Shown: positions 26,501 to 27,748 of the stretch, piece after piece
How positions within the stretch are numbered: position 1 is the stretch's first letter
Layout of the letters: every line of letters starts with the position of its first letter
Virus record (IMG/VR): IMGVR_UViG_3300012232_000042
Coordinates: 1-27,748 of that record
DNA: 27,748 bases
Reading direction: 5' to 3' (one strand)
Source of the DNA: a virus
Taxonomy: Duplodnaviria > Caudoviricetes
Made by a program: the position numbers and the translations under genes
Notes under the pieces: generated by a model
The model's input: only the letters and a program-made list of their open reading frames with translations
What the model was told of the DNA's origin: nothing
Databases searched by the model: none

Positions 26501-27748
26501 TTGAAACAGCATCCAATCCTCAGCCAGTTATTTATAGGTCTAATTTAGATGGTAGTTCATCTGGCATAATAATACCTAGCGGATATAGAAATACATACGA
26601 GATAGCGGTTGACTCTATAAATAAATATCTATTTTGGGGCAGCATCAGGGACGGAAATATATATAGATCAGATTTATCCGGACAAGATATACAGACTATA
26701 CAAGATTTACCTGCATTCGCTTATGATATACCAATGTCTTTGTATCAAAGGATTTATCTCCCATTATCTATTATAGGACTTGGTTCGGAGTCTAACGATT
26801 GTGATATATTCATATGGGGTCATCAATCTATAACGAATGATCTAGACCTATTTATAAACGGTCATATAGAATTTAACAACGACATTGATTTATTCGTCTC
26901 TGGACTTGCAAATGTTGTAGCATTTAACGATAATATAGATTTATTTATTCATGGTCATCAATCCATAACTAATGATATAGACTTATTTGTTTGGGGTCAT
27001 GAAACATTTGATAATACTATTGATTTATTCATAGACGGTCATGACTCAAATACTAACGACTTAGACCTATTCATTCACGGCCACGCTTCATTCAATAATG
27101 ACCTAGACCTATTTATATATGGTAACGATTCTAATTCACAAGATTTAGACCTTGTAATAATAGGTCATGACACAATAACCACAGATATTGATTTGTTTAT
27201 CTACGGACAAGATTCGGAAAACAATTCTCTAGACTTATTTATTAATGGGCATGACACAGAAAGTAATGATTGTGACTTGTTTATCAAGGGTCGGGATTCC
27301 GCTTCTAACGATTGCGACCTATTCATAAATGGTAAGGGTAGTGAATCTAATGATATAGATTTGTACGAGAATGGTCATGCTACTCATAACAATGATTGCG
27401 ATCTGTTTATAAATGGTCATCAGAGTTTCAATAACGATATAGACCTATTCGTTTCGGGGATAGGTTATATAACGAATGATATTACATTATTTATAAGTTC
27501 TATAAATGTTGTCGCTTCTGGTATAGATTTGTTCATACACGGTAGGGACACGTTCACAGATGATATTGATCTATTTATAGAAGGGTCCGTTTCTTTTTCC
27601 AATTCTATAGATTTATTTATCTACGGTAAGGATTCCAACTCTAACGATTGTGATTTGTTTATTCACGGTAAGGCTACGCACACTAATGACATTGATTTGT
27701 TTATTAGTGCGGCAGAAGCAATATCTAATGATCTAGATTTGTTTATCA
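23560..27748 (+). CDS. large virion fibre/adhesin-like protein with two YWTD (LDL-receptor class B) beta-propellers and DLFIxG repeats; 3' truncated by the window
   Basis: ATG at a TAATG overlap (23560); frame read by hand with no stop to the window end (>=1396 codons); absent from the ORF track, presumably because it has no stop in the window. Confidence 0.9.
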   Translation, partial: MQGKYLLETSLVDGYLLEDGTGSLFLEATSFDTFNAGTDLQLFIKGEDFTNKTLKVATVKAFSGTSASQQTITIPGIGQPRAAMITVNRCPSGSNITVGAALNVGFTDGTDSYAIATNCQDSVGTSNTHRFGSNALMCWILNQDGTEDARASFVEFVEDGITIDWITAPASNYILLVTLFAGGSEELFTKVGSFTTPDSSGSSVVVDDIGFEPDQIIGISQSRAFDFTLASNAIFTYGVCDNNDGVITQGSINYYNEDNLADTNVKCVISRSYFAWGAGGDFGAVELSDFNVSGFTATTRVSDLGIPVAYLALKYNGNVKHKVDFMSTLVTVTGIQTISGVGFGPQFVNQIQSTLLDYDAPVSDVTAGVVGLSFFGSGMITPTSFQENHNIRSQDNVTTSNEDSRQFSNTAFLRRSDENLSQGVTASLHSLFNDGFINTVTLNLASRQWIYLAIGNPISSGSLDLFISGHESFNNDCDLFIHGHEPLIARNDKIYFTNETQDVVKRCNLDGSNVEVIVSGGLTTPRGIDIDYASETLFWIDSASASKIYRSDLDGSNSGVVLSVIGASGGVGLTIARESGTMFWTDSTSGLIERANLDGTGRTIVYSGTGAQPRHIDYDPIDSNIYWTDRNGGLLRRANYDGSNIQTLASGLTVVQGVAVDHENRRVWWGEGVVSSTIKNSDLSGNDVRTIFSGTDEVTAPFTTTIDFVENKFYWNGGIGSEQGIHRSNLNGTNLFVLPNTSGIGFSSDAHIDQHDFGIDLFISGAAPSVNENCDLFIAGHEYFIANITKLYFFDELGDESISRCDIDGSNTETIVPASSLFVIQPASLYADASRDHLYWAEPGIDTDAALKRIDIDGSNFVILVQSPDISNIFNFDVSVITNTIYYTPASGGIIQTSDLLGNNITTIYNDPTDKPEEIVYDRQDDKIYWTVVNNDTSEYRIRRANSDGSNAENITPIFPDTSRVYAIDIDRQRRKLYWAVETASNPQPVIYRSNLDGSSSGIIIPSGYRNTYEIAVDSINKYLFWGSIRDGNIYRSDLSGQDIQTIQDLPAFAYDIPMSLYQRIYLPLSIIGLGSESNDCDIFIWGHQSITNDLDLFINGHIEFNNDIDLFVSGLANVVAFNDNIDLFIHGHQSITNDIDLFVWGHETFDNTIDLFIDGHDSNTNDLDLFIHGHASFNNDLDLFIYGNDSNSQDLDLVIIGHDTITTDIDLFIYGQDSENNSLDLFINGHDTESNDCDLFIKGRDSASNDCDLFINGKGSESNDIDLYENGHATHNNDCDLFINGHQSFNNDIDLFVSGIGYITNDITLFISSINVVASGIDLFIHGRDTFTDDIDLFIEGSVSFSNSIDLFIYGKDSNSNDCDLFIHGKATHTNDIDLFISAAEAISNDLDLFI
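25036..25800 (+). repeat. YWTD beta-propeller 1 (six blades, coding)
   Basis: IYFTN, LFWID, MFWTD, IYWTD (YWTD at 25435-25446), VWWGE, FYWNG, each followed by an R.(N/D)L(D/S/N)G-type motif. Confidence 0.85.
25927..26720 (+). repeat. YWTD beta-propeller 2 (six blades, coding)
   Basis: LYFFD, LYWAE, IYYTP, IYWTV, LYWAV, LFWGS, followed respectively by RCDIDG, RIDIDG, SDLLG, RANSDG, RSNLDG, RSDLSG. Confidence 0.8.
26791..27748 (+). repeat. tandem 42-nt (14-aa) coding repeats, consensus ND(I/L/C)DLFIxG(H)xS/Txx
   Basis: about 23 units counted to the window edge (one 17 aa long); degenerate at the DNA level, conserved at the protein level. Confidence 0.9.

Noticed and set aside
26791-27748. 42-nt periodic repeats as a CRISPR array
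   Set aside because: Units vary at synonymous positions, stay in one open frame and lack an invariant repeat/unique spacer structure; this is a protein repeat
1-27748. Stop-codon reassignment (TAG/TGA recoding) as in some large phages
   Set aside because: Standard code gives full-length TerL, portal and MCP and near-complete coding density; TAG and TGA end genes at sensible boundaries
1-27748. tRNA, rRNA, integrase or IS elements
   Set aside because: Intergenic gaps are too short and show no cloverleaf or T-loop context; no recombinase or transposase motifs

Overview
AT-rich, gene-dense fragment of a large tailed dsDNA bacteriophage (Caudoviricetes, standard genetic code; host not determinable from the sequence). 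It has three blocks. (1) 1-3514 (+): small hypothetical genes, two 32-aa membrane peptides, and DUF6899-like and DUF4406-like genes. (2) 3495-8837 (-): accessory/host-interaction operon encoding an amino-DNA methyltransferase, a Cys-rich zinc finger, a CYTH + P-loop kinase fusion, a ClpP-like protease, MazG, a DarG-like macrodomain and a permuted NlpC/P60 amidase. (3) 8939-27748 (+): late/morphogenesis block encoding a sigma-factor-like protein, ERCC4 nuclease, terminase large subunit, portal, protease/scaffold, capsid decoration and major capsid proteins, a beta-helix protein, neck proteins and two paralogous fibre proteins. The block ends in a >1390-aa ORF absent from the supplied track, with two LDL-receptor-type YWTD beta-propellers and a long 14-aa DLFIxG repeat stalk. 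Main signals beyond the gene list: a GTGTATAA(A) motif at seven gene starts on both strands, several only 6-8 nt before the start codon (a candidate phage late promoter producing leaderless mRNAs), and apparent absence of CCWGG and RGATCY sites by manual scan. All family calls are from motif recognition, not database searches.
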